Of a stretch of 47,069 bases of DNA, positions 34,501 to 47,069 are shown one piece after another. This stretch comes from Pelomyxa schiedti (taxonomy: Eukaryota > Protista > Evosea). Both the position numbers and the translations under genes were made by a program. The notes under the pieces were generated by a model. The model did not search any database. It had not been told where the DNA came from and saw only the letters and a program-made list of their open reading frames with translations. Within the stretch, counting starts at the first letter, position 1. Every line of letters begins with the position of its first letter. The stretch covers positions 1 through 47,069 of the forward strand of contig JAHLWZ010000110.1 in the NCBI GenBank assembly GCA_020536535.1, in the 5' to 3' direction.

Positions 34501-37500
34501 GGAATGAAATGAACAGTTGAATAAAGATTGACTTACCTCTGGGAGAGAATTCCCAGATAACGCAGCTTGCACTTGAGATGGGAGTGCCTTGTGACCCTCC
34601 TCCACAAGTTTGCATTCGTGAAGTAGATGGACTTTCCCAACTGGGGTAACCACCGCTAAATCGGCTTCCATTCTATTCACGTGGCTTGGTAAAGTGAATC
34701 AGTGAAGAGAACAGGAACCTTGTCAAAACAAGTTTCTTCGAGAGAGTCTCTCGAATTTCGGGAAGAAGCTTATTGGCGATTTTAGCATCCCGTGCTTTTA
34801 GACTGGCCCCAAGTTCGGTCAGTTGGGTAATCAATGAAGAATTGAATCCCATGAGAGCGGTATAAGGATCGGATATACAATTTAAGCATCTGTCTTTCGT
34901 TAGAGAAAGAAAGGGCAGAAAAACCAGCAACCTTGCAGCGACCAGTGAAAGTGCTCGGTACTCTGCTTGTTGATTGGTGTCCTCAGGGTGGGCCATCACA
35001 CCTTCCGCAATACTAACCAATTCTGCGGCTAGATGGCTGAGTTGATCTGCAGCAACCTTAAGTTTGGACTTTTCTTCAGAATTTTTGCTCTGTTTGGCCA
35101 AAGAGTAGGCCAAGGCTTTCTGTGCAGCAAAATTGGAATGAAGTTGTGTGGCGGCATGAAGAAAATCAGCATTGTTGCGTGAAAGAGCGGCAGTCAGGAG
35201 ATCCGTTATATTGGTAAGGCAAGAATTGGATCTGTTATCAACTGGAACCACATGTGAGGAAATTGTGAGAGCCTCTTCAGCTGTTGCTATCAACATATTC
35301 AGTGCCTGTACTTGGAATGAGGTTTTTTGTTTTTTGTTTTTCTTCAAGATCGGACCTCAGAAGAATGACAGGTGAGGAAGTCTTTTGCAGCAACAGGGAT
35401 TGCTTTAGAGGACTTGTTGAGACTTTCGGCCAGGGTGAATAGTTCTACTGACTTCAAAGGATCAACACATGAAACAGCCATACTAGCAACAAGAGCTGCT
35501 TGTTGCTTTAGCAAATTGCTCGCTTTCTTTTGGCTGCTACTGACAGTGGCGTCATCACTTAAGAGGACGTTTAGTTGGAGAAGGGATAGCGAAGAGTACT
35601 TAGAGCGGGCAGCGTTGATAAGCTCAGCAATTTCCATATCCAGTTCTTTGTTGATTTGACGAGCATTATCTTCAAATGACTCTGTCACGCTCAGAATATC
35701 ATCCACAAGGCGTTTTGCCTTGGATATCTCACCTGAAAGCAGGTTCTAGAGGTTTGAGCATTAAAAAAAAGTATGGCTTGTCATAGATGCGCACTATTGG
35801 TGTGGCCTGTAAGGTTTTGGGTGTGACACTCATTTCAGTTGCAAGAGCTGCAACTAAAGGTGTCTTGGCATTGCGTTTCACTAGAGCGACAAAATCGGTA
35901 ACTTGTGTATTTAGCTCGTTCCATGTGTTTGCAGCGTCAGTTGCTTGATTTGCCATTCGAGCGCGTTCATACTATTGATAATGACTTTGTGATAAGTACA
36001 ATAAAAACACACATTTTCCAAGAGGTTGACAATTGTAGGCACTGCCATCAAAACTTGAGCACTAGAACTTGTACACAACATCATAGAGTGTAATGCATTA
36101 TTTCCTCTGCTGATTACATCTTCTAACTCACTGGTAGATGCCCCAGACCGAGAGAAAGTTGTAAGTTTCTGAGCCACATAACCCAAGTCCGTTATCGCTG
36201 AAGCAAGGAGATCTTTGTGTGCAGGGTCTAAATCTGAGGTGCACAGAGTTTGAGCCAGACCGAGGAGCTCACGGGCTTGTCGAGAAGTTTGTCTGGGAAA
36301 AATTAGATTGCCAACATAACCATAAGAGAAACCGGAAATTTTCTGCAGATGGGTTGGTCTTTAAATTGGCCAAACTATCTTTAAAACTGGTGACAACTTT
36401 GATTACATCGGAGTCTTTTGGGGGAGGCAGGCATATATTAGTAATGTTGTTGCACATTGTCCCTAATGTAGCCAGTGTGGCTGTGGCTGTTGCCTTTGTT
36501 GCGCTAGTTGGGGTATTGCAAACAGAGGCAATTTGTGGAATGAGTGTCGCGGAGACTTTAGTGGGATTCTCTAAAATCACTGGTTCACTCAGAGTCTGAG
36601 GGGGGAATAAGATCAATCTAAAGGAAAGGGAGTACTTCAGCTAGTGATGAAGCCAGTAGGTAGTGCTTTTTAATATCGTGATGTAATTCTTCAGCAAGTT
36701 GGGAGACAAGATGGTGTGGTGTTGCTTTGTCAATTGTTTCAATCATTTGTGTGAGTTTCTGGCAGCTGACTTGAATCTGTAGTTGCTTTAGAAGGCGCAC
36801 TTCCAGTAAGAACTAACATGTTTATCTAAGTCGGCAAGCTGTGCTTCTAGTGGAGAGCGATATGCACTGACAAAATCACTGGAATGAGTTTTAATGTTTT
36901 TTAGTGCCACAGCACACAACTCCTACGAAAAGTTATGTTTTTTACTTTATGTTCTACGAACCTGTGCAGCAGAATCATCTGGATTTACTAGAAGACGAGC
37001 AGAGGCTTCTTTTGCCTCTTTGGCAGAAGCAAGTAACTGCATCTGTATTTCAGATACATACTTCGCTTCATGTGGCCTTAAACTTGATTCTTGCCCATGA
37101 CAAAGAAGAACGATACGCGGGATTTGTTCTTCGACAAGTGTTGCAATCCTGTGTCAATGTAAGAAGTACAAATGAGTATTGGGAGAAACCTGGAATTCAG
37201 AGCATTCAAATCCCCATTTTTCAAACTTTCTGTTGCTCTGCTTACTGTATCATTGATGGCATCTTGGGTAGACGGGATCATCTCTGAAATTGGAAGAATG
37301 GCACTAACTATCTAAAAAAAAACCGGTAATACTAAATGTGTGATTGTGGGGAATTACCTCAGCATTAACAATACTTGCTTTGTGGAGATTGGTATGCAAG
37401 TCTTTCAATGCAGCAGTGTCTCCCTGAAGCGAGGATTGGGTAGCTGAGCAGATAGGCTTTGTCAGGTGGGTAAGTGTTGTCAAATTTGTTGTCACGTCAG

Positions 37501-40500
37501 GCTTTTGTGATAGTGCTTTGGCAGCAGACGATTCACGAACCACCAGTGCGGGGAGTTGGCCAGCAACACCCAGAGCATCAGCATGTCCTATGAGGAGGTC
37601 AAGAGAACATTTCAAGTGTTTTATAATATACTGATTACGGAAAGAGCCTCCAAATCTTCCAAAGAGTGTTCCATAGCCGTGGCTATAAGAAGGAGATTTT
37701 CTTTTGGATCTTCCGACTCAAGTGTACCTGTGTGGCTTTTAATATTTTTTTTTGTCTCGATGTTTTGTTGCCACACCAGCTTTTCCTTGGGCAACACAGG
37801 CCAGCTTCCCCAGAGATTTTTGAGCAGCGGAAATTTCATGAACAAGGTCTTTAATTTTAGCAGAATCGGATGGATCGCCACAAGCAACGAGGAAAGTACT
37901 AGACACTTTACTCACGTCACCTGTAACACATTCCAAAGAGCCAAGAATCTACAAAAACTGTGAAGGATTTTTATGATAGTGGGAGGCTACATGTTTTTTA
38001 TAGCTTGGGTCCACTGAGCACTCTTCAGCAATCTGAACGGTGAGTGCGAGAGATTTGACCATGCTGTCTATATTATTAATAGCCTCGTTTGCTTTATCTG
38101 TATCGGAAGAGACTTGGTCTTTTAATGCTTCTAGTGCTTTTTGGAGGGAATTCACTGCAAAACTATGAGATGAGAATAAATAGATGGAGGAAAATAACAT
38201 TTTAGTAGAAGTTTATTTGCAGCCTCAGGCATTACACAAGCTAAAATGGAAATGGCATCAGATCTGGCAGAATTAAGAGCCTTTGCAAGTTCCCTTTTAC
38301 TCGATTTGCTGCTGGGATGGGATTGATATTTAGCAATTGCTTTTGAAATGGAAGAAGGCCAGTCATTGAGGCGCTTAGTGAGAGTAGTGATTGTGGCTCT
38401 GAAAAGTCAAATATGTAAAGAAGTAACGCAATGGAAACCGTTTCATACTTAGTTTGTTCATCATCTGACACTTCAGCAAGTGCTTTTGCATATTTAGTGT
38501 ACTTGCCAACCAGCCCACTGAATTGCTTTTTAATGTTGGTTATGTTGGAATTACATGATGGAGTTCAAATGCAAACCTCTGTAAGTTTGGCAGTTTTTTC
38601 AGGGGAGGGGAGTTCTGCAAAATTGTGAATAACCAGATCAATTTCTTCCATGAGATTTTCAAGTTCTGTAGTAACAGGAAAGGCTGTTACAATGAGCTTT
38701 TTTGTTGAAAGACGTAAATTAGGACATTCCATTTCGATTACAAGTATACCTTGTTGAGTTTCTTATGAGTGTCATTTAATTCCTTTTCCAAGCTTTGTTT
38801 CTTTTGAGGTGAGAAGGAAGAGGTCGACGAAGCGGAGGTATTAAATATTTTTGCGGATGAGTGCATCTCTTCTGCAGTTGATGCAAATAACTTCTTGTTT
38901 TCTGGTGGCCTGTTTTGAGAAGAAACAACCATGCTTAGCATTGAAAGCATCTCTGTAACGGCTGATGCTTGCTACTTAAAGTTAGGCAGATGAAAAAGCA
39001 CCTAGAATAGAACTTTGAGAGAACTGCAGGCATCAGAGTGGTTGGTTCCCGTAACTGCAACCTTGGTGGCTTCTAGAATAGCTGAGGATTGTTCAAATGT
39101 ATCCAAAAGTTTTGCTGTGGCATCACTTGCTATACTTTGTGCTACAGCCCTGACATCATGAGTGAAATAAGTTTCAAGAATGGCGTTACATTTTAAGGGT
39201 TTTTGTAGCCTCACGGACGGCAGTTTCTGCTTCTTTTTGAGTGGCTGCTCGCCCATAGTTCTCGTCTATCTTCTCAGCACATAACGCTATTACCTCCGAG
39301 GTGCCAGCAAGAGTGGCCCTATGTCCCTCAGATGGAGAAAGGGTTGTTCCAATTCGAACTATGGAAGAAAAGGCTTTGATGTCTCCATCAACAACATCGC
39401 TGGCGTCGTCAATTTTTGGCTGATTGTAGGTATCAAGTACAGCTTCAAACCTAAAAGGTGTAAAGAAGGAAGACTTTAATATAGGAAAAGTTGTACTTTT
39501 CAATTTGTGATCTGGCAAGCGTAGCAGCAGCTAAGAGATCGCTGTCTGATGGAGATGCAACAAGGGACGCAAGTTTATTGGAAACGGCAATAAGTTTAGA
39601 AGATACTGTCTCAACTTTATCGATATCTCCCGTCTCAAGTGCTTCAACAGAAGAGGAATATAGCTCAGATTCCAGTTCAGTCAATTCAGCAAGAATACTC
39701 TCCACTTCAGGGAAGGTACAACCCAACTCGGCTGCTTCTTTTTGCAGTTGCTTCACACACTCGCGTTGCTCTTCCAATGTTTGGGCAACTGTTGCAGAGG
39801 CAGAATCATTAGCACTGCTATCGAGCCGGGAAACGGCAGAGACAATACTCTTCAAGGCATCCTCCAGAAGTTTGGCACAAACAAGGACACGCTCCCGTGG
39901 ATTCATATGGGCAGGCATTGGAGTTGTGGCGGCGTTCAAAAGTGGCCTAAGCTCTTCAATTGCCGTGTTCATTCTACGTTGTAGCTCAGAGTCACTAGGG
40001 GATGCTCTTAGAGTAGAAAAGGATGAAGTAAGATTGCGGTTGGCTGCTTCCAAGGCAGCCAAGAGCTTGTTGCGGAAACGTTTTTCGCGTGGATTTCTAT
40101 TTTGGTTAAGAAATAATAACAAAAAATTCTTAGGTACACGCAAGACTCCACAATGTGCCTTGATACCAACATATGTTTTGGTAGCTGAATGGCGAGCTGA
40201 GAAGCGGCATAGCCTGCTTTGTCACTTCTTGCCTGACCTTGTTTTTTTCCCTAGTCAGTATTTTTCCCCTTTTCTTTGCAGCTGCAAACCTGCACAACAT
40301 TCGTCTTGTAAAACTGATAAATGTCCAAGAATGTCTTTACAACTGTTCTCAATAAATTGCATTGGGTTCCCTAGAGAAGCCATGATCATCTGCAGTTGAT
40401 TTCAGGAAAGTAGACTTCACAAACTTGACGAAAAATAACACTTACCTGCTGATTCCCTGATTGCATCTTTGCCAACAAAGGATTTATTTCATCAAATGAG

Positions 40501-43500
40501 GATGTGTTCATTCTCATGAGTTCTTGAATATGTGCTGTAGCATCACTAAGCCATTGTTGCTTGCTAGGATTAACGATTCCAAGCAACTCAGATAAAGCCA
40601 TTTGCCTTTCTGCAATTTTCTTCATTTGAAGCAGCAACTATAAAATCGTCAACTACAAAAGGGATGGGGTTTATGTGATGACCTGTTTTGCTCGTTCAAG
40701 ATCTCCCCTTTTAAGAGCATCCTGGAGTTCAGCAGATAACTGATCCATGAGAACAAGATTATTCATGAATTCTTCCTATGGAGAATGAAACGGGGTTTGT
40801 TTGGTATCTTATCCAGTACCTCCAGTGGTACAATTTGTGATACTAACAGTTTTATTTCTGTCATTGATGCTTCTAAAGTTCTGTGTACGTTATCGTCTGA
40901 AGGAGACGATAGCAGAGCATTCGTTGCTTGTGACAGGACAGAGAGTAACTGAGGTAGTCGAAGGCTAATTTTATTGAGAAGGACCTTCCGCTCTGGTGGT
41001 GTGCTGGAGAAATGTCAAAGTAATAGGGAGAACAAGAGGAAAAAATACAATTGTGCATTAGATATAGTTATTGCCACCATGGTCTCCAAGTCAATCAAAT
41101 CGCGGGTACAGGCTAGTGCAGCTCCTGCTTGATATTTGGCTGGTGGGAAGAATTCGCAACTTCCAATGCTTGTTTCCAATCGGTGGAGTTGATGGAATAG
41201 AGATACACCAGAAAATATTGCCTTGGAGAAATTAGATTTTGTGTACTTTCTCTCTTATAACAACCTGATCTGTGGTGTTCACAACAGAAGCACACTTCTC
41301 ACGCACTGTTCCAAGCAAGTCTCTTAAACTCTTGAAGTGGGAATAAGAAGTTGCATTCCTTTAATGACTGATACCTGCACATAAGTGGCACTGGACAGAG
41401 CACTTTTTGTAGAGTTTGCAACTATACGCAGAAAGGCTGAAAGGTCTTGACTTGTTTCTTCCAACATAAGAATATATTCAAGGTCTTCTGTGGAATCACA
41501 AGCCCACCTAAAAATGTCAACGACAAATTGTAAGTTGATTTCTATACCCTGCAATAATCATCTGATGTTTAACGAAGGTTGTGAACAACTCTAAAAATGA
41601 ACTAGCTTCCTGGTCATTTTGTGATGAAACAGAAGCTAATAGTTTTTGAGAGAAAATGTCAATTTGCGCCATGTTGAATATAGCAGCAACACCACAGTTC
41701 ACGATCTAGATTCAAGTAAATAGGAAATCACACATTTATGAGATACCGTGGAATTTGCTGCATTTAAATCATGGAGAAGCTGAAGAAATTCAGTTTGTGC
41801 TGAAGTATCATCAGGATAGTCGGTAACAGCTTGCAGTGACGAGGCAATGAGGATTGGAGCATGCTCGATTTTCTTCGCGGCAATGGTAATCTTTTTCCTG
41901 TAAATGGAGGAGATTTTTTTTTCCAATAGACCTGATTCTGGATGTTCGGGTCTTCATGTGTCATGGCCATGATTTCAGCTAACTCACCATGCTTAGGAAA
42001 TGTTTCCCAAAGAGAGCTGACTAAGCTATCCATTTCTTCCTGAAAAATCTTAGAGCAAAATTCACACACCACTCATACTTTGGGTTTCCCTCTCATCTGT
42101 TTCAGTGCTTGGAGTTTATTTGCAATGCCAAAAGTTCTTGTGGTAATATCTGGCAGCTTTACGGAATGGGTTTTGATGAGGAGGTCCATAGCCTTCAGGA
42201 TATTTTCAATTTCGACGTTGTAAGCAATCGAACTTGGTGTTGGAATAAGCTAACTATGTGTCAGAAAGAGAGAGAAATCAACACCAAATACACCTGTTGA
42301 AGGTACAAGCTGACAGTCTCCAGATTCGTTGCAGTGTCTAATAATGTGAGTGCACGGTACTCAGTGGGACAAACAGCAGCCAATAATTTGGCATTCTCAG
42401 CTTGGTTTGGTATCATATCTTCCAACTCCCTGAACGAGTGTTATTTCGATTTCAAAATAGGTGACAAGTTACATCATAAGGTCGACTAAGGTTTCATCTG
42501 CTGTTGAATAAGCTTGAAGCATATTTTTCAGGGTTGAGTTCAATTTTATGGTATCAGCAAGCACCTTTTGCAGGAGTGAATGTTGTTACAGTTTTTCTAA
42601 TTCATGATGCATACCTGTTCTTCACTCCAAACAAACCTTCTCCATGCTGGGAGAGAAGAACAAGAGGCACAAATAGCGTTAGCATTTTCTCTCAAAGAAT
42701 CCATGTGGGAAAGTAAATTTTCAAATTTAGAGCTAGAAGTTTCGTTAGAAACAATATTCTGTTTATTGAACCTACGAATCTCTGACTGCCTCATCAGTAA
42801 CCCCACTAAGTTCGACAATAAGCCTCTCTAGTTTCGCGACAGCAGATTTTACACCCTTTTTTTTTTTTGTTGGTTGGTTGTTGGTAGTTTAAATGGTAGC
42901 TGAAACCTTGATATCCTTAACTCGGCTAAAACGTTTATGGGCAGCTTTGCCAATGAGTAAAATGTGGTTGGCGCGGGCAGATATATTTACTTTGGCTTTT
43001 TCAATTCTCGGAGATTTTTTTGTCCGTGCAGCCCTTCAATAAATTAAAAAAATTAAAGGCTTTAACTTACAAACACACATTGCAATTTCATCAATAACAA
43101 AAGTGAATTTCTTTGTATAATCACTAGCTAGCAACTCTGGAGAGGAAGACCATGCAACAATTTCAGTGAGGTTCATCTGTTAAAGATAAAGGTCATTTTG
43201 TTTCTTAAGCTTAATGCAATTAATGCTTACCACAAGCTGGGTAACAAAATTTTCAAATTGCATAGTATTTCCAGTGGTAAAGAGTTCTTTGGATTCAGCC
43301 TCAAGTGCAGGAAGAGAAATAGTTTCAAGAAGTTGCATCACTTTTGCTTTACACTCTTCATCCTGTTTTGTGTGTCAGTTTAACTAGAGTTCGTAAACAT
43401 GATACTTTGATCTGGTTAATTACGTAGCCAAGATGCGACTTGAAAGCAGAAATTGCTACACCACATTTTCTATTGTGCTTTGACAGGTCTATTGCTGTCA

Positions 43501-45721
43501 AAGCTCCCGTTGGATAGTGTTGAAGCTCATAGAGTAATCTAGGTGATTCAAAATTTAGTGTTACTTGTATTAAAAAAAAGGGAACAACTGTGCAGCAAGT
43601 TCCAGAGTTTGTTGGTCAGAATTAGTTGTAATGATCCGTTTTAATAATTTGGCTTGCATCACAGTGTCTTCAATAAGATTTGTAAGGTTTTGCTGAGAAA
43701 AGTCTTAGAAGAAGAAATTAGTTGGAAACTACAAGACTCAGGTCAGACTGAGATTGCAAGCACTCCTTCAAGGCCAGGACCACAGAGGAAGTTGCCTGAG
43801 TAAGCGAATCGGTGTAAAATTTTAGCTCTTGGGCACATTCGGAACTCCCGTCAGTCAGCAGGCTCTTTGCAAGGGCCAGAAGTCTGAGGAAGGTTAAGAG
43901 GAAAAAAAATCTGGAGTAATGAGTACTTGTTCAAATTCTTCATTCCTAGCCGAACTGATAGGATGGCCTACATCGGTACAAGTGTGAGTCGAAACCAAGA
44001 ACGGACTTGGGATACCTGTTGGTTGTTTCCCGCTTCAATGCTCTGCAAAACTGTGTGCAGTTCTTGGTCGCAATTCAAAAGAGTTCCACTCGTTTGCTGT
44101 TCCCTTGTACCGGAAACGTCAACAAGTTCGCCCACAGATTCATCCTTGTAGATGAAAGAACATTAAGTTAGAAGCTGGGTCTGTAAATAAACAGTTTATA
44201 TACCAAAGTTGCAATGAGTTTGGAAAAATTGTCTGCGTTATATGCAATAAGGCAGTCCACAACTACAGAGAAACCATTTTTTATGACAAGGAACTACCTG
44301 GAATACTTTTACCTTGTTGTATTTCCTCATTCAGAGCATGTTCTTTTTGTCTTGCACCCTCACTTGCAGTTAATAGCATCTTACCTTGAAGGGTATCGTT
44401 ATATGTTGCAGATAGTTTGGTTGAAATTTCGATTTGCTAAAAATTGTAAGCAAAAGTTCATTATTGATGTTTGTAGTGACATTTTCCAATTGATCGTGAA
44501 TTGCTTGCCCACAAGCAATGGCGGCAATGAAGTTGTGTTCGGTCATGGCTTGCTGTAAAGATTCCGTGTGTGCCCGTAGTCCACTGTGCAGGGTCTTCAA
44601 GGAAAAAATTATCTAACAAAAAAAAAGTGGCCATATCCGTACCCTCAAGTCGGATATAAAATCGGCATTTTCCACTTCAGAATCCGTTTCAAGATCCAAC
44701 TGAATCCCAAGGAACATGTTCTTATGTGACAGTCGGGTGGTCTGATTTACAATAAAAAAGGGGGAAAGGGTAGCCTTGGTGGTTACCAATATTATTTCTT
44801 GTGCTTTGCTGGAGAGTTTTCGCGCAATCTCATTTCGAACGTTTTCCAATTCAGTATCATGTGGGGTTTTAATCACACCTATGACACCCCTTAGTAGTTG
44901 CTCAATCTCAGTTTTAAGGGCATTCTGAGCTTCATCAAGCCTGGAGAAGTTTAACCAAAATAGTATTGTAAAGGACACAGACTTGGACTTGACAGAAGTA
45001 TCAACAATAGACCCACTGCGGTCGCTCAAATGGCGTGTCAGCTTCAGAACAGCAGGGCCATAAGAAGTCATCATGTTTTTTAGATCTTCGACATTGCTAG
45101 CAATGCGAGCTTGTTGTATAAGGCGGTTCACTTCATTAGCTTGGTCTACAATCTGGTGAAGGTATCAAGAACGTTTTTGAAAATGATCAACTGACAGCTT
45201 TAACTAATGGCACATCATCCAGAGCAAATGACTTAATATTACTTTGGAGTAAAAGTTGAGAGGCTCTTTGCAGTGTGAGCTTCCCTTCTTTTCCTGTTGG
45301 ATTTGTTTGTATTTGGGCAGCAGCAATTTTCAGCCAATTAATGGAACGCCTGTCAAAAGAATTGTAGGGGTGGGTATTTTCCTCAACAATGGTAAAACTA
45401 CCTTAGTTGTGTGACACATAACAGAAACCTCTCGTTCACGGGATCAGTGAGGTCTCTTGTCTGGAGTTTCTTGGCAGCAATATCACAGAATGTTTGGCTG
45501 GCAGCAGCAATTCTGGAAATTCGATCTGCTGTCAATCCCTCCACCCTCACAGAGTCTCTCTGCAAACGAAAAAAAATAAAAAGAAGTTCAATGAATGCTC
45601 CACTTTTGGTTTGGGTTTGATAGACCCGTCCGGGCATCAGTCAAAAATGCACCTTGCTACGGAGAGAAAACTCCACGAGTTCGCTGACACGGTTGGAAAT
45701 GTCCTCAAGCAGTTGTTCCAT
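31579..45721 (-). CDS. Giant vinculin/alpha-catenin-family helical-bundle protein (dozens of short introns)
   Basis: The start MEQLLEDISNRVSELVEFSLRSK (ATG 45721) resembles the first helix of vinculin/alpha-catenin. The C-terminus EEERRRLEEEEERK...DEIMQAA...AAQNFSVQLKILCAVKAA...LIKCAKGIAK SVCEVVK matches the vinculin tail (QLKILSTVKA). Intervening exons are Ala/Leu/Ser-rich amphipathic helices. Stop TAA at 31579-31581. Continuity was only spot-checked. Confidence 0.75.
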
Positions 45722-45982
45722 TGTGCCGTCGTCTGTTTGTTTGTTTGGCTCTCTATGACACCCCTTTTTTGCGTTCTGCCCTCTCGTTGCCTTCCGCCTC
45801 GAAAAGGTGGGTTTTTTTTTATTTTTTTCGTTTGGTTGCCTTTCTAGATCGCGGGTGCAGGGAAGGGGGGTTTTAATTTATTTGCCGTTCGTGTGAACTA
45901 AAATTGGCTTTTACACTCCTTTGGGTTTTACAGATTTCGTTGGATTCCACGTTGCTGGTGAGTGGGCGTCCGGGCTTAGTTT

Positions 45983-47069
45983 TCATCCAAAGTAGCCAAG
46001 AAGAAGAGCTCCAGCGGCTAGAATCAGAGTTGCAACTGTGAATATGAGAAGATTCCTGATTCCTGTAACCTCTCGGTACCAGAGTATACCCCAAAGGGCT
46101 GATACCACAATGCACAGCTGTGTGAGTGTGAATCCTTGTGACATCTAGGATTTATGGTGAGATTGGGGCAATGGATTGGGTTGGGAAAGGGCTTACTCCG
46201 AGTGGTGATAAGGATGCTAGCATTGCTAGAATGTTACCGGCATTCCAAATAACTCCGGCAAGGGATGCCGGTATAACAGCAACTTTGATATGAAGTGGTG
46301 GAACTTCTACTTTTCTTTTCCAAACACAAACGCCAGTGAAGTAAACTAGAGCGAACAGGAGTGACAGAACAAAGAAGCCGATACCATAGCTTACAGCATA
46401 GGATATCCCTTGCACTGGGCTGTACTCCTGAGCCATTGCTAGAGGTGCCATCGTGGATCCACTGATCACACCAACAGAAAATGCTGCCAGAACGCCATAG
46501 AGCTTCAATCTGGCACTTCTAACCGGAGTGGATTTCGAGGGAGCATTAGGGGAGATGTGTTGTTGGACGGAATTTGCAGCAGGTATTTCTTTAGGGCTTT
46601 CACTTACAGGCGGTGACTCGGCACTCTTTTCCTCCGAGGGAGCTTCCTCAACAGGGTCCTGTTTAGGTAAGGTTTCCGAGTCTGAGGGCTTTGATTCGGA
46701 GTCAGTAGAATGTTTTTCAGCCTCTAATATAGGGGCTGATTCATCCGGCACGGACGCGGGCTTTGGTGGGTTTGGCCTCAGTAGAGCGAGCAAACACACA
46801 CCTGCCTAAAAATAAGCCAAACGTCAACACTTTTCAAATAGTTGTAACTCAACAAAATAATCGAAGCAACGCAGAACAGAAAAGCCATCGATGCAAAAAG
46901 TTAAAATTTAACTTACAACATCACACACTATACAACCAATTTATACTACATTCTTTTCCCTTGGTTTGGTTTTTTTTCCCATCTTCTGGATTCCCTCTAC
47001 CCAGCCTTGAACACCAGAACTGTACACATCCATCGCCAGGTTTAAGGCACTGTGCTCAGTTGTCGTCCC
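45983..47069 (-). CDS. TMEM144: TMEM144-like drug/metabolite-transporter-superfamily membrane protein (5' part outside the window)
   Basis: LYGVLAAFSVGVISGSTMAPL...SYGIGFF...LAGVIWNAGNILAMLA...LCIVVSALWGILWYREVTGIRN, with an acidic/Pro-rich loop between the two halves. Stop TGA at 45983-45985. Confidence 0.75.

Noticed and set aside
31579-45721. Calling the giant gene talin
   Set aside because: No FERM head is visible at the N-terminus, and the C-terminal motif QLKILCAVKA matches vinculin/alpha-catenin better than the talin I/LWEQ motif QLVAAS.VKA.

Overview
Gene-dense eukaryotic genomic DNA using the standard code, with short (mostly about 45-110 bp) GT-AG introns and poly(A/T) tracts. Gene content and intron style suggest an amoeboid protist, probably Amoebozoa (inference). 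From left to right: 3' end of a degenerate Ty3/Gypsy LTR retrotransposon (integrase tail, PPT, LTR); an atypical Rab/Ras-like GTPase with an N-terminal F-box-like extension; a 2346-aa type I membrane protein of unknown family; an FKBP52-like PPIase; a divergent actin-related protein; a TM2-domain protein; a tandem array of three intronless paralogues with a split F-box-like motif (one frameshifted); COG5 spanning a 100-N scaffold gap; a Ser/Glu-repeat protein; a solo LTR with a 4-bp target-site duplication; a Cys-rich hypothetical gene; an RRM-RRM-SURP-CID splicing factor; a 14-kb, intron-rich giant vinculin/alpha-catenin-like gene; and the 3' part of a TMEM144-like transporter. No rRNA, tRNA or CRISPR array was recognised. 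Gene models were spliced by eye, so internal exon boundaries of the long genes are approximate.
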